Source: Octopus vulgaris (lineage: Eukaryota). Taken from it: 64,000 bases of DNA. Each line of letters starts with the position of its first letter. Position 1 is the stretch's first letter. Both the position numbers and the translations under genes were made by a program. The notes beneath the pieces were generated by a model that was not told where the DNA came from, searched no databases, and worked only from the letters and a program-made list of their open reading frames with translations. The stretch is taken from contig OX597815.1 of assembly GCA_951406725.2 (NCBI GenBank), positions 86,676,001-86,740,000 of the forward strand. Reading direction: 5' to 3'. Positions 50,700-64,000 of the stretch are shown here, piece after piece.

Positions 50700-52420
50700 A
50701 ATAAGCGTACTTGAGAAAGCTGAAGAGATGGAAAACAAAATGGTCAGGCTACAATGAATTCATCGACATACCTGGTTTCTATGCAAAACTGATGGATGCA
50801 AGATCTTAAAAAATAGTATTATTTATCTAAGGCCAGCCGATGGGTTATTAACGTTCTAGGAAAAAGAACAAATAGTTGATCGTTTTGTAGAGCACTTTCA
50901 CTTAATGCTCAATGCAGCAAAAACGTATCAAGCGCAAATTCTTAGAAATATGATATATCACAGTCGGAGAACGAATAAATGATCCGCAAAGTGTTGAGTA
51001 ATCGTTCGTTGCAATAAGATCAATAACTGAGAGAAATGCTCTAGGAGCCGATGATTCCCAAGCGGATTGTGAAAATGGGGGAGCTAAACATATTGGATAA
51101 ATTTATCCTGGTATTACAGAAGAGTTGCTCTCCAACTGGGCTGGAAGGATGCTAGCACCAGCCTCATGCACAATAAACATGATAAAAATTAATTCAGGAT
51201 TAAATGGAAAAACACAGTAGATTTGCCTTAAAATTAATGAGTTCGGAAGGAGAATGAAGCCCCCTAGATATAGTATTCTTCGTCTGTTATATCAAGGCAA
51301 AATATGTGCAACAGAAATCACTCTATGAACTTTCCGTTGACTTCATGGAAATATTTGATATAGCGAACTGCTTGCATGTTTAGCAAGAAGATCCGGAAAA
51401 GTTCATCTGTGTAATAAAGTCCCTACACCCAGACATAAGAACTCAGTTTAGGCATTTGAACTCTAGCTTCGTACTCTTTGTAACACTCAAGGAGACATAA
51501 CACATTGAACTGAATGTGTATACTATTGTTGAACAGTAAACACGTTCAGTGAAGTACACAGAGTAATATTATTTTCGACCCATTCTATAGAACCGAGTCA
51601 TGAATGTTATATTGCAAACAGATATTTTTAGAAATGCACCTTGAGTCAGTCCATGAACATCAATTCAAAACAAGAATTCAATGTCCTAAAAAAGTTAAAT
51701 GTAAGAGATACTGATGCACTGAAACCTATGATATTTTGACATGTCCAAAAGAAAAGAAAAGGACAAAAATGCCCAGATAGAGATTCTGTTCATTATTTAC
51801 ATTAGTGGATATGTGTCCTCATTTCGTTTGTTGTTACCACAACGTTTCCGCTGATCTACTCTTCATCGGGTGTTCTGGTGGAATTTTGAACCCAAAACTG
51901 AGTTCTTGTTCCTAAGGTATTTTTTGCTGATGTTACTATTATTATTATTGTTGTTATTCTTATTCTTATTCTTCTTCTTTTTATTATTATTATTATTATT
52001 TATTCAAGGCACTGCCTGGAATTGAACTCAGAATCTTGAGGTCAGTAGCCCGCACTCTTAACCATTACGCTATATGCTCGTGGGCATAGAGGGAATTTTA
52101 GGGCTTATAAACCTAATATTTCTGTATTCTTCCTTAATACCGGTTCCCATATTCTTCTCATATCTGTGCTAAGTCTGCTTATGAAGGCCGGAGAGTAAGT
52201 CAGGCGAAACGTTGTGGCAAAAACGAACAAGATGAGGACACATATCGTCCAATGTAAATAATGTAAATAACGTAAAATATAGAGCAGAGATTCTGTTCAC
52301 ATCTGGCTAGAAAAGTCAGGAGTACACGCTGGCTGAAATATAAGGACGTTGTTAAAAGCAACATGGAGATCACACGCAAGTTGGCCACGACAGTTCGGGT
52401 CAGAATACAGATGACGGGAA
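50700..52420 (+). pseudogene. highly degenerate RTE-clade LINE interrupted by the fold-back element
   Basis: Remnants ALGADD, VDF.EIFD, PEKFICVIKSLH, and LKYKDVVKSNM after the insertion. Confidence 0.5.
51793..52285. mobile_element. second copy of the tRNA-head/hammerhead fold-back element
   Basis: 14-bp TSD AGAGATTCTGTTCA at 51779-51792 and 52286-52299; tRNA-like head on minus strand ~52005-52088; inverted hammerhead arms. Confidence 0.75.
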
Positions 52421-54874
52421 GGATCCACTTTGACATTTAACTCAAAGTTTTATATAGACGGACGGACAATCATCGTCGATACCGACGGAAAACGCTTAAC
52501 GATGGATATCAGTGATATTGTCAGAAGCAGACAACGAAAGATAACTGAAATAAAACAATCTGTGTGTCCCTTTATTTGTATAAATGTATACAATTTTCAC
52601 TAAAGTATTATATATAATTTGTTATATATTATACAAACATCGAATCATTGTGAATTTTATATTAAATCTATAAAAAAATTATTTTTCCACGGTCTACGTA
52701 TTTAAAGCGTTATCTATGGAACGAAATTGAAAACATAATATATTATACACACATTTACATTATTTCGTAAGTCAAATTATGGAAGAAAATCGAAAACAAC
52801 TTCAGATACAATATTTAGATACAACATTTATATTATTTACGTTACGCGTAAGAGAGATAAGCGCATATTTTAGATAAAGAATTTTCTTACTGTCTGTATG
52901 TGTGTGCGAGTGCGCGCGCACATATTTTTATATCATATATATTAAGAGCAGCAGCTTAGTGGTGCAGTTAGTATACATCGTTCACTTGGACTGATGTCTC
53001 AAACCCATCCATAAGCACTTTATTCTGATGATATTCAAATATGAACATAATATAGTACATTAATAATTGTTCGACCTTTTACAGCGTTGTCGTGCCGTAG
53101 CAGAATAATATAAATTATGCATTTGGTTTCGTTCCATAGTTAAGAAAGTTTACTTCCTGACATAAAAATAAACAATTTATATCAACTCAAAAAGTAAAAG
53201 TGACAAGCATATGATATATGATACAGCTTTTATGATATTCTCTCTTAAAAGAATGTCAAAACAAATTATGCATTCCATGGTGCTCTATATACTGTCAATC
53301 TTATAGTTTTGGAAGTGACTTTGGCATTTCCACGGGTATAACTCATATTTATTATTTTTGCTAATAAAGCAAGGGTGTAGGAGGTGTGATCAACTAAATG
53401 TATTATAGTTTTTATTTTCGTTGCTTTATGTTCTGAGATCAAATCTGTGACGACAAAATATTGATTTTAAAGAAGGAAAAAGAAACCACACATTTTGAAG
53501 AAAAATATAACGATTCTGGTTTTCCATTTTTAACGACTACAAAAGGTGAAAGGCAAAACTGAACTCGACAAGATATAAATGTAGAACTCAATAAGTCTAC
53601 CTAAAAAACATCAGGCAATCAGTCTGACGTTAGACGGAGTTTGCTGTTCCGCTGCATTGCCTTTGTACAAAATGCTTATTTGTTTATATACTATGACTCA
53701 TTCATTCGATTTCCGGCGTTTTCTAATCTAATTAATAAGCCATTAATTGGATAAAGAATTTTTCTTGAATTTAGAAGAAGCAAACGCTATAGATTTCCTA
53801 AAATAATTATCACGTTATTCATAGCTATAGTTTATGCAGCTGGAAGGTAACGTCTAAATATAAGAGTAAATATTCGTCATAATAACAGATGTTTTGAGGG
53901 CGTGGATTAGTCGATTGTATCGACCCAATGCTAGACTGATGCTTTATTTTCTTGACCACACAAGGATGAATAGTAAAATTGACCTCCAAACGTTCGCTAA
54001 AACGAGAGAATTCAACAACAAAAAGAGAAACGACAAATTGAGTAGCTAAAAAGAAAAGTCGTGGGCTCAGTGCGGTTTTCTTCTTGTGGTATGAAGGTTA
54101 CATATGGATAATGCATGGTTGGGAAAGGTTAGGGAAAATAAAGGCGAGTATGATCTGCGTAAGAGTGGACGTTGTTATACATGACAGCAAATAAGTGACT
54201 AATGTATAAGAAAGAAGGGGAGGGAAGACCAAATCCCAAACCACGTCGGATTTGATAGAATATAACTCTACACATCGAAATATGATACTGTGTTCTGGTT
54301 TAAAGGTAATGTATAAATATATTTCTTGTTTGTATATAACATTCGAGATTCAGTAAAACACAAATATTTGTGTTTGTGTATATATGTATGGATGTATGTA
54401 TGTATATATGTATGCATGTATGTATGTATTCATGCATCTGTGTATGTATAGCTCTTCTTCCCTATTTTTATGGAGTCCAGTAATGACTCGGCGTATAAAT
54501 TATATCGCTAATGTGTATATGCGTGTGTGTGTGGTTGAGTGTGTTTATATATGTAAATATGTATGGATATTTGTATATAATGAGAACAGTTTTTTTTTTC
54601 TTTTTAAGAGATGCTGACAAGAAAAAAGCAATTTTCTATTAACCTTTTTCTCATATTCTCTTATGAGTTCCTTGAATAATATTTTTTAACAGCAAAGCTT
54701 TCAAGCTTAGCATCAAAATTTCTACATTTAGACGGTCTCCACTTCTAAATGAAATGAAGGTAGCATGTGCTGTCATTTATATTGTGCCAATAATAACTTA
54801 CAGTGCACTAAGCACACAGCACAAAACTAAATAAGTAACCACTGTTAAACAACCACAACACACACACACACACA

Positions 54875-54905
<31 letters not shown>

Positions 54906-55036
54906 CTTGTGTAGATTTCCCCACAAAAATACAGGATTATAATTGTAAGTTATAATCATTGCAAAGTATAATGCTATTATGGACGAAGGACGAAGAGATA
55001 ACATACATTAGTTCTATTGACTTTGGCGATAATACC

Positions 55037-55267
55037 TATTTCTTTACTACCCACAAGGGGCTAAACATAGAGGGGACAAACAAGGACAGACAAAGGGATT
55101 AAGTCGATTACATCGACCCCAGTGCGTCACTGGTACTTATTTAATCGACCCCGAAAGGATGAAAGGCAAAGTCTACCTCTGCAAAATTTGAACTCAGAAC
55201 GTAGCAGCAGACGATATACTGCTAAACATTTCGCCCGGCGTGCTAACGTTTCTGCCAGCTCGCCGCC
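55037..55267 (-). mobile_element. full-length family B SINE with TSD
   Basis: TSD CTTTGGCGATAATACC at 55021-55036 and 55267-55282; B box GAGTTCAAATT. Confidence 0.92.
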
Positions 55268-55606
55268 TTTGGCGATAATACCAACGAGAGTTACATAGCT
55301 CTACAAATTATTATGCATTTACAAGACACGCCAAAATGAATTTATTCTGAAATGTAACCATAAAGGTCTAGAAACATATTTTGTTTATTTTTTAATGTTT
55401 TTATGTATGTGTGGATTTTACTGTTTTAAAGAAGCTGCAATAATTTGTACGAATAATATGCAAGCAGGAGATTGATATAAATTGATGAATATAGAAATCA
55501 TGATAACGATGATAAAACGAAAACTTAAATTAACACGAATGCATATAAGCATACATACAGATAAACACACACGCACATACACACATGAATAAAGCAAGTC
55601 GTTAGA

Positions 55607-56030
55607 GCGCAGGAGTGGCTGTGTGGTAAGTAGCTTGCTAACCAACCACATGGTTTCGGGTTCAGTCCTACTGCGTGGCATCTTGCGCAAGTGTCTTCTG
55701 CTATAGCCCCGGGCCGACCAATGCCTTGTGAGTGGATTTGGTAGACGGAAACTGAAAGAAGCCTGTCGTATATATGTGTATATATATATATGTATGTGTG
55801 TGTGTGTTTGTGTGTCTGTGTTTGTCCCCCTAACATTGCTTGACAATCGATGCTGGTGTGTTTACGTCCCCGTCACTTAGCGGTTCGGCAAAAGAGACCG
55901 ATAGAATATGTACTGGGCTTACAAAGAATAAGTCCCAGGGTCGATTTGCTCGACTAAAGGCGGTGCTCCAGCATGGCCGCAGTCAAATGACTGAAACAAG
56001 TAAAAGAGTAAAAGAGTAAAGAGTAAAGAG
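55607..56030 (+). mobile_element. full-length family A tRNA-derived SINE (CORE-like central motif)
   Basis: A box TGGCTGTGTGG 55616-55626, B box GGTTCAGTCC 55659-55668, central microsatellite, (GAGTAAA)n tail. Confidence 0.92.
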
Positions 56031-56849
56031 AGCGTAAGCTAGAGTCTTGCGCAATCTATTCTGATCTTCTGAATTGCCATCCCAACTGAGATCAATGCTA
56101 TCCTTACCCTTCATTCTGAACGAGTCGATAAATAAAGTATCAATTGAATACTGCTGTCTATTTCTCCCTTTCCCCCTTCTCTCCTCTCTCTCTCTCTCTA
56201 TCTATCTATCTCTCTGCCTCCCTCTCTGAGCTGTGTGAGAAGGGTCGTGAGAAACAACTAACGTTTTCTCTAGAAATGGAGACTAGTTCTTATAGGAAAT
56301 CTGATTTACTTCTGAGCCCATCAAAGGAAACACTGATTGTAATGCCGCACCGAACGAAAATATTTTTTTCTTATTTAGATACTAGGCCAGCAATTTCCAA
56401 TGTAGTTATTCAATAACATTACCTCCAAGTACTTTATTCTACCAACTCAGGTGGGATAAAAGACAAATTTGATCCCGTAAAGAGTCACAAGGAATACTGC
56501 TAAGCGTTTTGTCCGACTATTTAACGATCCTGCCAGCACGTCACCTTACAGAACAAACATTATTTAAAGAAATGTCAGTGCATGTATGTGTGTCTGTGCA
56601 TGTTTGCATACTAACTCGATTAACCAAGTCTCACTTGTTTCACTTCCTTTTGTTTTTCTTCACCATCAAAACTTTCGTTATCAAAACGGATAGGAAACAA
56701 TTTATTGCAGATAACTTCTTTCCATTCATTCTTTCATTTATCGTTGAATACCTTCGATCACCAACTCTTTCTCTCTCACAATATATTTACTGTACTTCAC
56801 GTAATACTTCCTGGTATTATAGTTCTTCGTTTTTTTCCTTCTCTTTCCA

Positions 56850-57720
56850 TTCATTTTCCCGTCTATTGAGATTCTACGTAAAGCATTTTTATTCTAATTG
56901 TCCAAAATATTTCAGCTTTCTCTGCAACAGTATCCAATAATATTTTCTTTATTTTTGCCATTCTTAATTCTTTACTGCTGGTTATATATTCCATCACAGA
57001 TATTCACAGGAATACATATCTCAAAGGCTAGTAATCTCTTTGATAATACTGTTGTTGATGTTCATGTTTTAGTATAGTAGATTCAACCGTACATACCACT
57101 AATCCTTTTCCTAGTTGGGGTACTGATGTTCCCTTATATTAGTATGTTTGACAATATTTTCAAATGCTTTCTAGCTATCTCAATCCTTTTGATTTCTACT
57201 TCATATTTCCCGTATCCTAATTGCATATATCCCGGGTATGCTATCTTAGGCATCTATGCAATTGATTTTTTCTTCAATTGTTATATTCGTTTTATGTCAC
57301 TATTATTTTCTTTTCTTTTGCTGATTAACATAGATTTTGTTTTCTTTGCATTTGTTTCTATTTTATAGAACATTCCTTTGTCATTGACTGAAGTTACAAG
57401 ACTATGTATGTCATCTACGTTGAAAATTAATGAGGCAGCATCGCCTGCATTTCTAGTGTTCATAGTTCCTATTGAAAATACTGACAAGCTTGCAACTTTT
57501 CTAAAGATCTTGATATATATTTTAAACAGGTTAGACAAATGTACACATTTCTGTATGCTTTGTGGGACTCCTTAATTCCGAGTTCTGTTCTATTTTCTTC
57601 TATTCATTTCTTATCACACCTATTTGCTCCTTTGCATACTTTTGTTAAGATCTGGTATGCTTTATCACATTTCATAAGTTCAGGTAACAACCTAATTATG
57701 TTCCACATTTACTCTCCCAA
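56850..57720 (-). pseudogene. degenerate RTE-like LINE RT C-terminal region
   Basis: NTRNAGDAASLI (decayed NLRYADD), INxKKTK-like ETNAKKTKSMLISK, EVEIKRIEIAR, KRLLAFE. Confidence 0.65.
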
Positions 57721-58009
57721 AGCCTGAGTCAAGGATATAGATAATACAGTCACGTGAAACGGTGGTGTTCGAGGTGCTAGGGCTTTTAAAGCCCACTCAA
57801 GGTGGTTGGGCACAGAATTGAGACAATCGCTCGATCTTAATGGGTGATACTTTGGGCAAATGTCTTCTATAACTCAGGATAGATTAATGCTTGGTGAGTA
57901 AAATATAATAGAGTGAAACTGTAAAGACACCGGTTATGTGTGCATGTATGCATATATGTGTGTGTATGCGTGTGTAGATTTACATATATACATGTACATA
58001 TATTTTTTT

Positions 58010-58200
58010 AATTTGTTTCAGTCATTTGACTGCAGCCATACTGGAGCACCGCCTTTAGTCGGACAAATGAACTCTAGGATTTATTCTTTGTAATCCTCGT
58101 ACTTATTCTATCAGTCTCTCATGCCGAATCGCTAAGTTACAGGGACGTAAACACACCAACATCGGTTGTCAAGCGATGTTTTGGGGACAAAAACACACAC
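58010..58200 (-). mobile_element. family A SINE, 3' half
   Basis: Reverse match to 55820-56000. Confidence 0.8.
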
Positions 58201-58201
58201 A

Positions 58202-58270
<69 letters not shown>

Positions 58271-58522
58271 GTGTGTATTTGTATAATTTAGGACTTACCC
58301 TCATCGTCATCATCGTTATCATCATCTCCGTCATCCCTATCTTCATTAGCATCATCATTATTATCTTCATCATCGTATCAATAATCGCATAATTAACTTC
58401 AGTACCATCCAGTTCACCCCCCTCCCTGTACCTCCTCAGCATCATCACCTACACCGTCATCATCACCATCACCTTCATTGTCATTTTCCTTATCATGGTA
58501 ATCAAAATATCAGTAAGTTGTC

Positions 58523-58588
58523 ATTATAGTACTCGGAGTTTCGAATGTCGGAGCGAAGGGCTCCGATATATTCTCTTCGGCTATTAAT
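58523..58588 (-). ncRNA. type I hammerhead ribozyme motif (U4>C in this copy)
   Basis: ATTAATAG-CCGAAGA-GAAT(ata)TCGGAGC-cctt-(c)GCTCCGA(c)ATTC-GAAA-CTC-c-GAGT-A-CTATAAT. Confidence 0.65.
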
Positions 58589-58834
58589 GGCAAAAAACGC
58601 TATGAAAAACCGTTGAATAAAAGGGAAGTTACTGTAGTATGCAGAAAAAAGAAGAAAATGATAAAAGATAAAAAAATACATGCAACACAATACATAGTCA
58701 CAAAACCTCCTACGTTCATAATGTCTACACACATAAATACTCACACAAACATGTATATGTACATGCACATACACACACAAACATATATGTGCATGTACGT
58801 ACTCAGAAATACACACATATCCTCACACACACAC

Positions 58835-58888
<54 letters not shown>

Positions 58889-60249
58889 GGGCTGCTCGAC
58901 TAGAGGAAAATTCTAACTGGGCCCCACCTGCAAGGTCATGCGCTGTTTATCTTGATATGAGATCACTGGAAAATAAGAAACATGAGAATAACCGTCATCA
59001 TCATTACAATCACAATTACCATTCAACTTCTTCCCCCGTATCATTTTCTGACTCTCATCGTCATCATCGTTATCATCATCTCCGTCATCCCTATCCTCAT
59101 TAGCCTGATCATTATTATCTTCATCATCGTATCAATAATCGCATAATTAACTTCAGTACCATATGTTTCAGCTCCCCCTGTACCTCCTCAGCATCATCAC
59201 CTACACCGTCAGCATCACCCCAACAATCACCATCACCTTCATTGTCGTTATCATTATCATTCTCTATTATACATACTCAGTAAACTCAGTGATTTTCATA
59301 TGAGAACAGATTTTAGGTATTTATTGAATTTTATTTTTGTAAACTAGAAACCATATTTTGGCTGCATTCCTATTGATTTTTCACGATTTCGATTACTGTA
59401 TCGATATTTTCGTTGCTGGTCCTGATGGCGATTTTCTTTATAGCTGTTGTAGTAGTTTCGGTTTTGTTAATGTAGTTTTATACTTATTTATTTATATCTT
59501 TATATATTTCTGAATCAATTTTGTTGTCGTAGATGTTATTACAGTATGTTCTTCAATTGCTTTCTATTCGTTATTTATTTAAATTGTTGTTTTGTTGCGT
59601 TTTTTTGAAGCTGTTTTCTTTTTATTTTTCGGGGCTTTTGCTTTAGACGTCGCCAAATATAATTCTGTGTGGGGATTATTTTAGCATTTAATGCATTTAA
59701 AAGTCTTATGCTTCTTTCGTTATGGAAATTCAAACGGAGACATCAAAATGTGTGTATCGAAACAACAAACGAAGCGAAATAAAATCTATCAATAGATGTA
59801 GGCCCTCACACACGCACACACAAACGCACACACACACACTTACACGAATACATTCAAATTCAACATAACGCATAAAAATATAACTTCAAAAAAATATACA
59901 CATAAGATTACTTGTAAACAGGCATGCAACCGCATCAAAGCATACTCACGTATACATTATTACATACATATGTGGACAAATACAAAAATAATTTTTTTGC
60001 CTATATGTGTAGATATGAGTGATAGGATATAAGTTGACCAATGAAAGTCTTATGCACGTAAATCACAGGATACATACAGTATGTATAAATAATTATCTGC
60101 GCTGCAGGGTGCTCTGTACATATGTATGTGTGTTTCTGTTTGTACTTTAACGTTTTACTTTAATGTGTAAATCACGACACGATTTCAATAGATATATTTG
60201 TGAGGTAGAGTTTGTGCACGTGTATGCGTGTGCACCATATTAATATTTA

Positions 60250-60328
<79 letters not shown>

Positions 60329-60585
60329 TGTATGTATGTATGTATGTATGTATGTATGCATGTATATATGTATTATAATTTAATTCTCCATAAGTCAGAA
60401 AGGGCACACTAAAAAAGAGAAATAGAGCTATTATATTTTCACTTATCGCCGAACAGTAAATGTTTAGCTGCATATATATAACTGGCCAGAATATTACCGA
60501 CGGTTTTGCGCAAACTAATGCAAATTTGTAATATTGACGATTCTGGACATGCTTTCCAGGAGCATTTAGGATTTTAAGTTGGGAG

Positions 60586-60614
<29 letters not shown>

Positions 60615-60616
<2 letters not shown>

Positions 60617-61026
60617 ATAGAACTGGTAAAACAACGAATGAATGAAAGAGACCTCGATATTATGTATATAGAGGAATTTATCTGTAAATGTAATATGTGA
60701 CAATTATTCGGTAGCCATGATAGAACTCCGAGTTTCGGATGTCGGGGTGGAAATCCACGCCGCCATCTATTCAGTTATCCGGCCATCGGAAAAAAATGAT
60801 GTCTTATAATTTTCTCCAAAGTTTTCGTAGAGTATAGTTCCCTTGATGGTATAGGTATGTTTTTCATAGAATAATCGAAGTAGTAGGCGTCCATATTGAA
60901 TTCTTCTACGGGGCATTTTTTCCGATGGCCGGATAATTGAATAGATTGCGGTGTGGATTTCCACGCGAAATCCGAAACTCGGAGCTCTATCATAGTTACC
61001 GAATAATTGTCACATATTACATTTAC

Positions 61027-61030
<4 letters not shown>
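60615..61030 (-). mobile_element. internally deleted PLE with inverted pLTRs and retained ORF N-terminus
   Basis: Arms ~60680-60798 and ~60915-61030; ATG 60894 MDAYYFDYSMKNIPIPSRELY..K.LEK; hammerhead-like motif 60719-60780. Confidence 0.7.
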
Positions 61031-61074
<44 letters not shown>

Positions 61075-61079
61075 CTTAA

Positions 61080-61355
61080 ACTTAGAATAACTTAGAAAGG
61101 TTTTGGCCAGTATTGGCCCAGGCCATGTCTGACTTAACAGCACCACCTGGCGAAGTCTTTCAATTCAGGATTTGGGTAGCAAGGCCCATTCGAGCAGAGA
61201 GTTATTGTCTGCGGTGACATATCCCAGTGTGGGTGGTTTGTCCGGGACTGTTTGAAGGAATTTGTCCTAAGACTTCTTTAATTTTGTGTGGTCAGTTTCT
61301 GTTTTGACGTGTCCTAGTGTAATGTTGAAGAGAGCGGGTCCAATTGAGGTGAAAT

Positions 61356-61358
<3 letters not shown>
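61080..61358 (-). mobile_element. CR1/L2-group LINE 3' end
   Basis: GPALFNI..KKS*DKFLQTVPDKP..GY..NNSLLEW. Confidence 0.65.
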
Positions 61359-61446
<88 letters not shown>

Positions 61447-61568
61447 TGTATGTATGTATGCATGTATGTATGCATATATATATATATATATATATAAACA
61501 TATATATACATATATATGTATGTACGTATGTATGTATGTATGTATGTATGTATGTATGTATGTATGTA

Positions 61569-61628
<60 letters not shown>

Positions 61629-62016
61629 CCGTCGATCTGTTGAATTAACTTTGTTTATTTACATTAATTCGTTAATGTACAATATTATGGTATAATGCTG
61701 TGTACAGATATCCATGTAAACATGTATCTATAATTTTGCATAATGAATATACAGAATTTTATGAAACGGCTGTAATCATATGGAAGCCATGTGGGAAAAT
61801 ATATTTATCTTCACTTCTCACACATCCCGACTTTACGCTTTATTTACTCCTCTTAGAAATATTTATCGTTCGGATTTTCTGGATGTTCAGTTACATGGAC
61901 ATATTATTTTACACTACATTTCATTGATTACTACGTTGACTGATAGCAGGTTCCGAATGGAGTGCTTACTGCGATAATTGCATGATACTCAGGATACGTA
62001 TCTTATGCAATTTATT

Positions 62017-62461
<445 letters not shown>

Positions 62462-63444
62462 TGTTTGATTCATTGATTGATTGATTCCATACCGTGGAAT
62501 TAACTGCATATATGATCTGGATATTCGCATAATTCGGTCTATTATTTATGAAGATACCGTTATTCCTATTATTACATCGCATGTTTTCCAGCTTTGGGAA
62601 AAAAAATTGTACCTTAAAATTGAACATTTAGTTATATAGGAATAAATGAGACTTGAAGCTATCAATTTAATATGTTCGTATGGATGCACTTTATATATTT
62701 TCCTGGCTGATGTCAAAAGAATTAAGTAATTTTAAAATATTGTCCTTGTCGTTTCAACGAGTTACATACTATTGAAGTTGAGATATCGGTGCATTTTATC
62801 TTTGTAATTGTATAATAACATTATTCTATGAATATATATTTATTGGAGATATATATTGTAAACATATAAATTCCAATCACCTGATGTTTGATCGATAATT
62901 TTACCAACTACACTCGATTTTGATTGTCTCAATTAATTTTTCTTAAAGCACGTGATCATAATTGTTCTCTGGAGTGTGACTCATTGCAGGGCATTTGATT
63001 CTGGTTAAGCTGAGATAATTAAGGAATATCAAAGCCTGCCTCAAGCCGAACAGCTGCATGAGGTCGGAGCTTAGCCGGATTTTCAAGGGGTTTAACCGAG
63101 AGTAAAAGAACTGATTCTTGAAAAGTACACCAGTTTGTCACAGAGTTAATTAATCCCCAGTCGCAATTGGAACTAATGTTCAGCTGTGTTGGAGTAACAT
63201 ATGAACTACTTTGCTAATGGATATAACAAGCTACCCATCCGAAAATTGCATCCCGAACCAAACGATCATGCAACTAATGCCATTATTGCTAGCCTAATGA
63301 CTTTACAAGAACCTCAAAAGGAATTTAAATACTTTAAAAAAATTTTTACCGACACATAATAAAAAAAACTTAAATTGAACAATAGGAAAATAAGTAATCC
63401 ATATATAAGTACACAAACAGTGTTATCGATATGTTGAAAATGTA

Positions 63445-64000
63445 AGTGGTGTGATCAAAAGAATCCGGACTGTTGTCATAGTAACGAAGCTAAACTACGT
63501 AGAGTAAAGATGCTTAGCACATCTTGACCTTGAACTCTACTGTGCATGTGCACTACGTTTTAACGTTCTAGCTCATTTCTGCTGTTTATGGCAGTGCTTG
63601 GAAGGAAGATGTGTAGCGTGTGATCATCGTATTGACCATGATAGAGAAATTTGTGCAGGTAATCTGCATCAAATTTTTTCAAAAGCTTGGCGATACCTGC
63701 TCAGAAGCCTATGCAAAGTTTTCAAAACATTTACATTTTTCTTGACACAATCAGTGAGATTTTGTCCGACTGAAACCCGAGTGCCTTTTTGGTCAGATGA
63801 AAGCACTTTTGGCACAAACTTGTTAGATATGCGGCTCATACCCAAATCTTCAGTGATAATGGACTGAACTGAACTGTAACTAATTTGCGCATCCTCTGAT
63901 AATTCACAGATGGGGATTCGACGCTTTCACCTCACACCTGCACATATATCTGCGAGGTTTTTCTCAGTCTGCTGGATGCGGGTCTCCCAGAACGTTCGTC
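63445..64000. mobile_element. mariner-family non-autonomous element; continues beyond the window
   Basis: TA then a TIR-like GTGTGATCAAAAG..CCGGAC; plus strand from 63638 MIEKFVQVICIKF/QKLGDTCSEAY; minus strand DERSGRP..ELSED..ISY.SVQSII.EDLGM..FVPKVL. Confidence 0.8.

Overview
AT-rich, microsatellite-dense eukaryotic non-coding DNA. Its tRNA-headed SINE families resemble octopus (coleoid cephalopod) repeats; that species call is recall-based inference. I find no intact host protein-coding gene, rRNA or CRISPR array, and most ORF-track entries are translated microsatellites. The window is mostly decayed transposons: a Buster-type hAT transposase, nested R4/Dong-like LINEs in (TAA)n, Tx1/L1, RTE and CR1-like fragments, a mariner fold-back, many SINEs, and several Penelope-like element (PLE) fragments. 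Two observations stand out. (1) About a dozen minimal hammerhead-ribozyme-like motifs from several PLE-type families, including a ~500-bp TSD-flanked fold-back unit that joins a tRNA-like Pol III head, (AAT)n and a hammerhead. (2) Two tandem ~2-kb elements that encode only a CCHC Gag/ORF1-like protein, one inserted with an 8-bp TSD into the tRNA-derived head of a SINE. All structures were read by eye and need computational confirmation.
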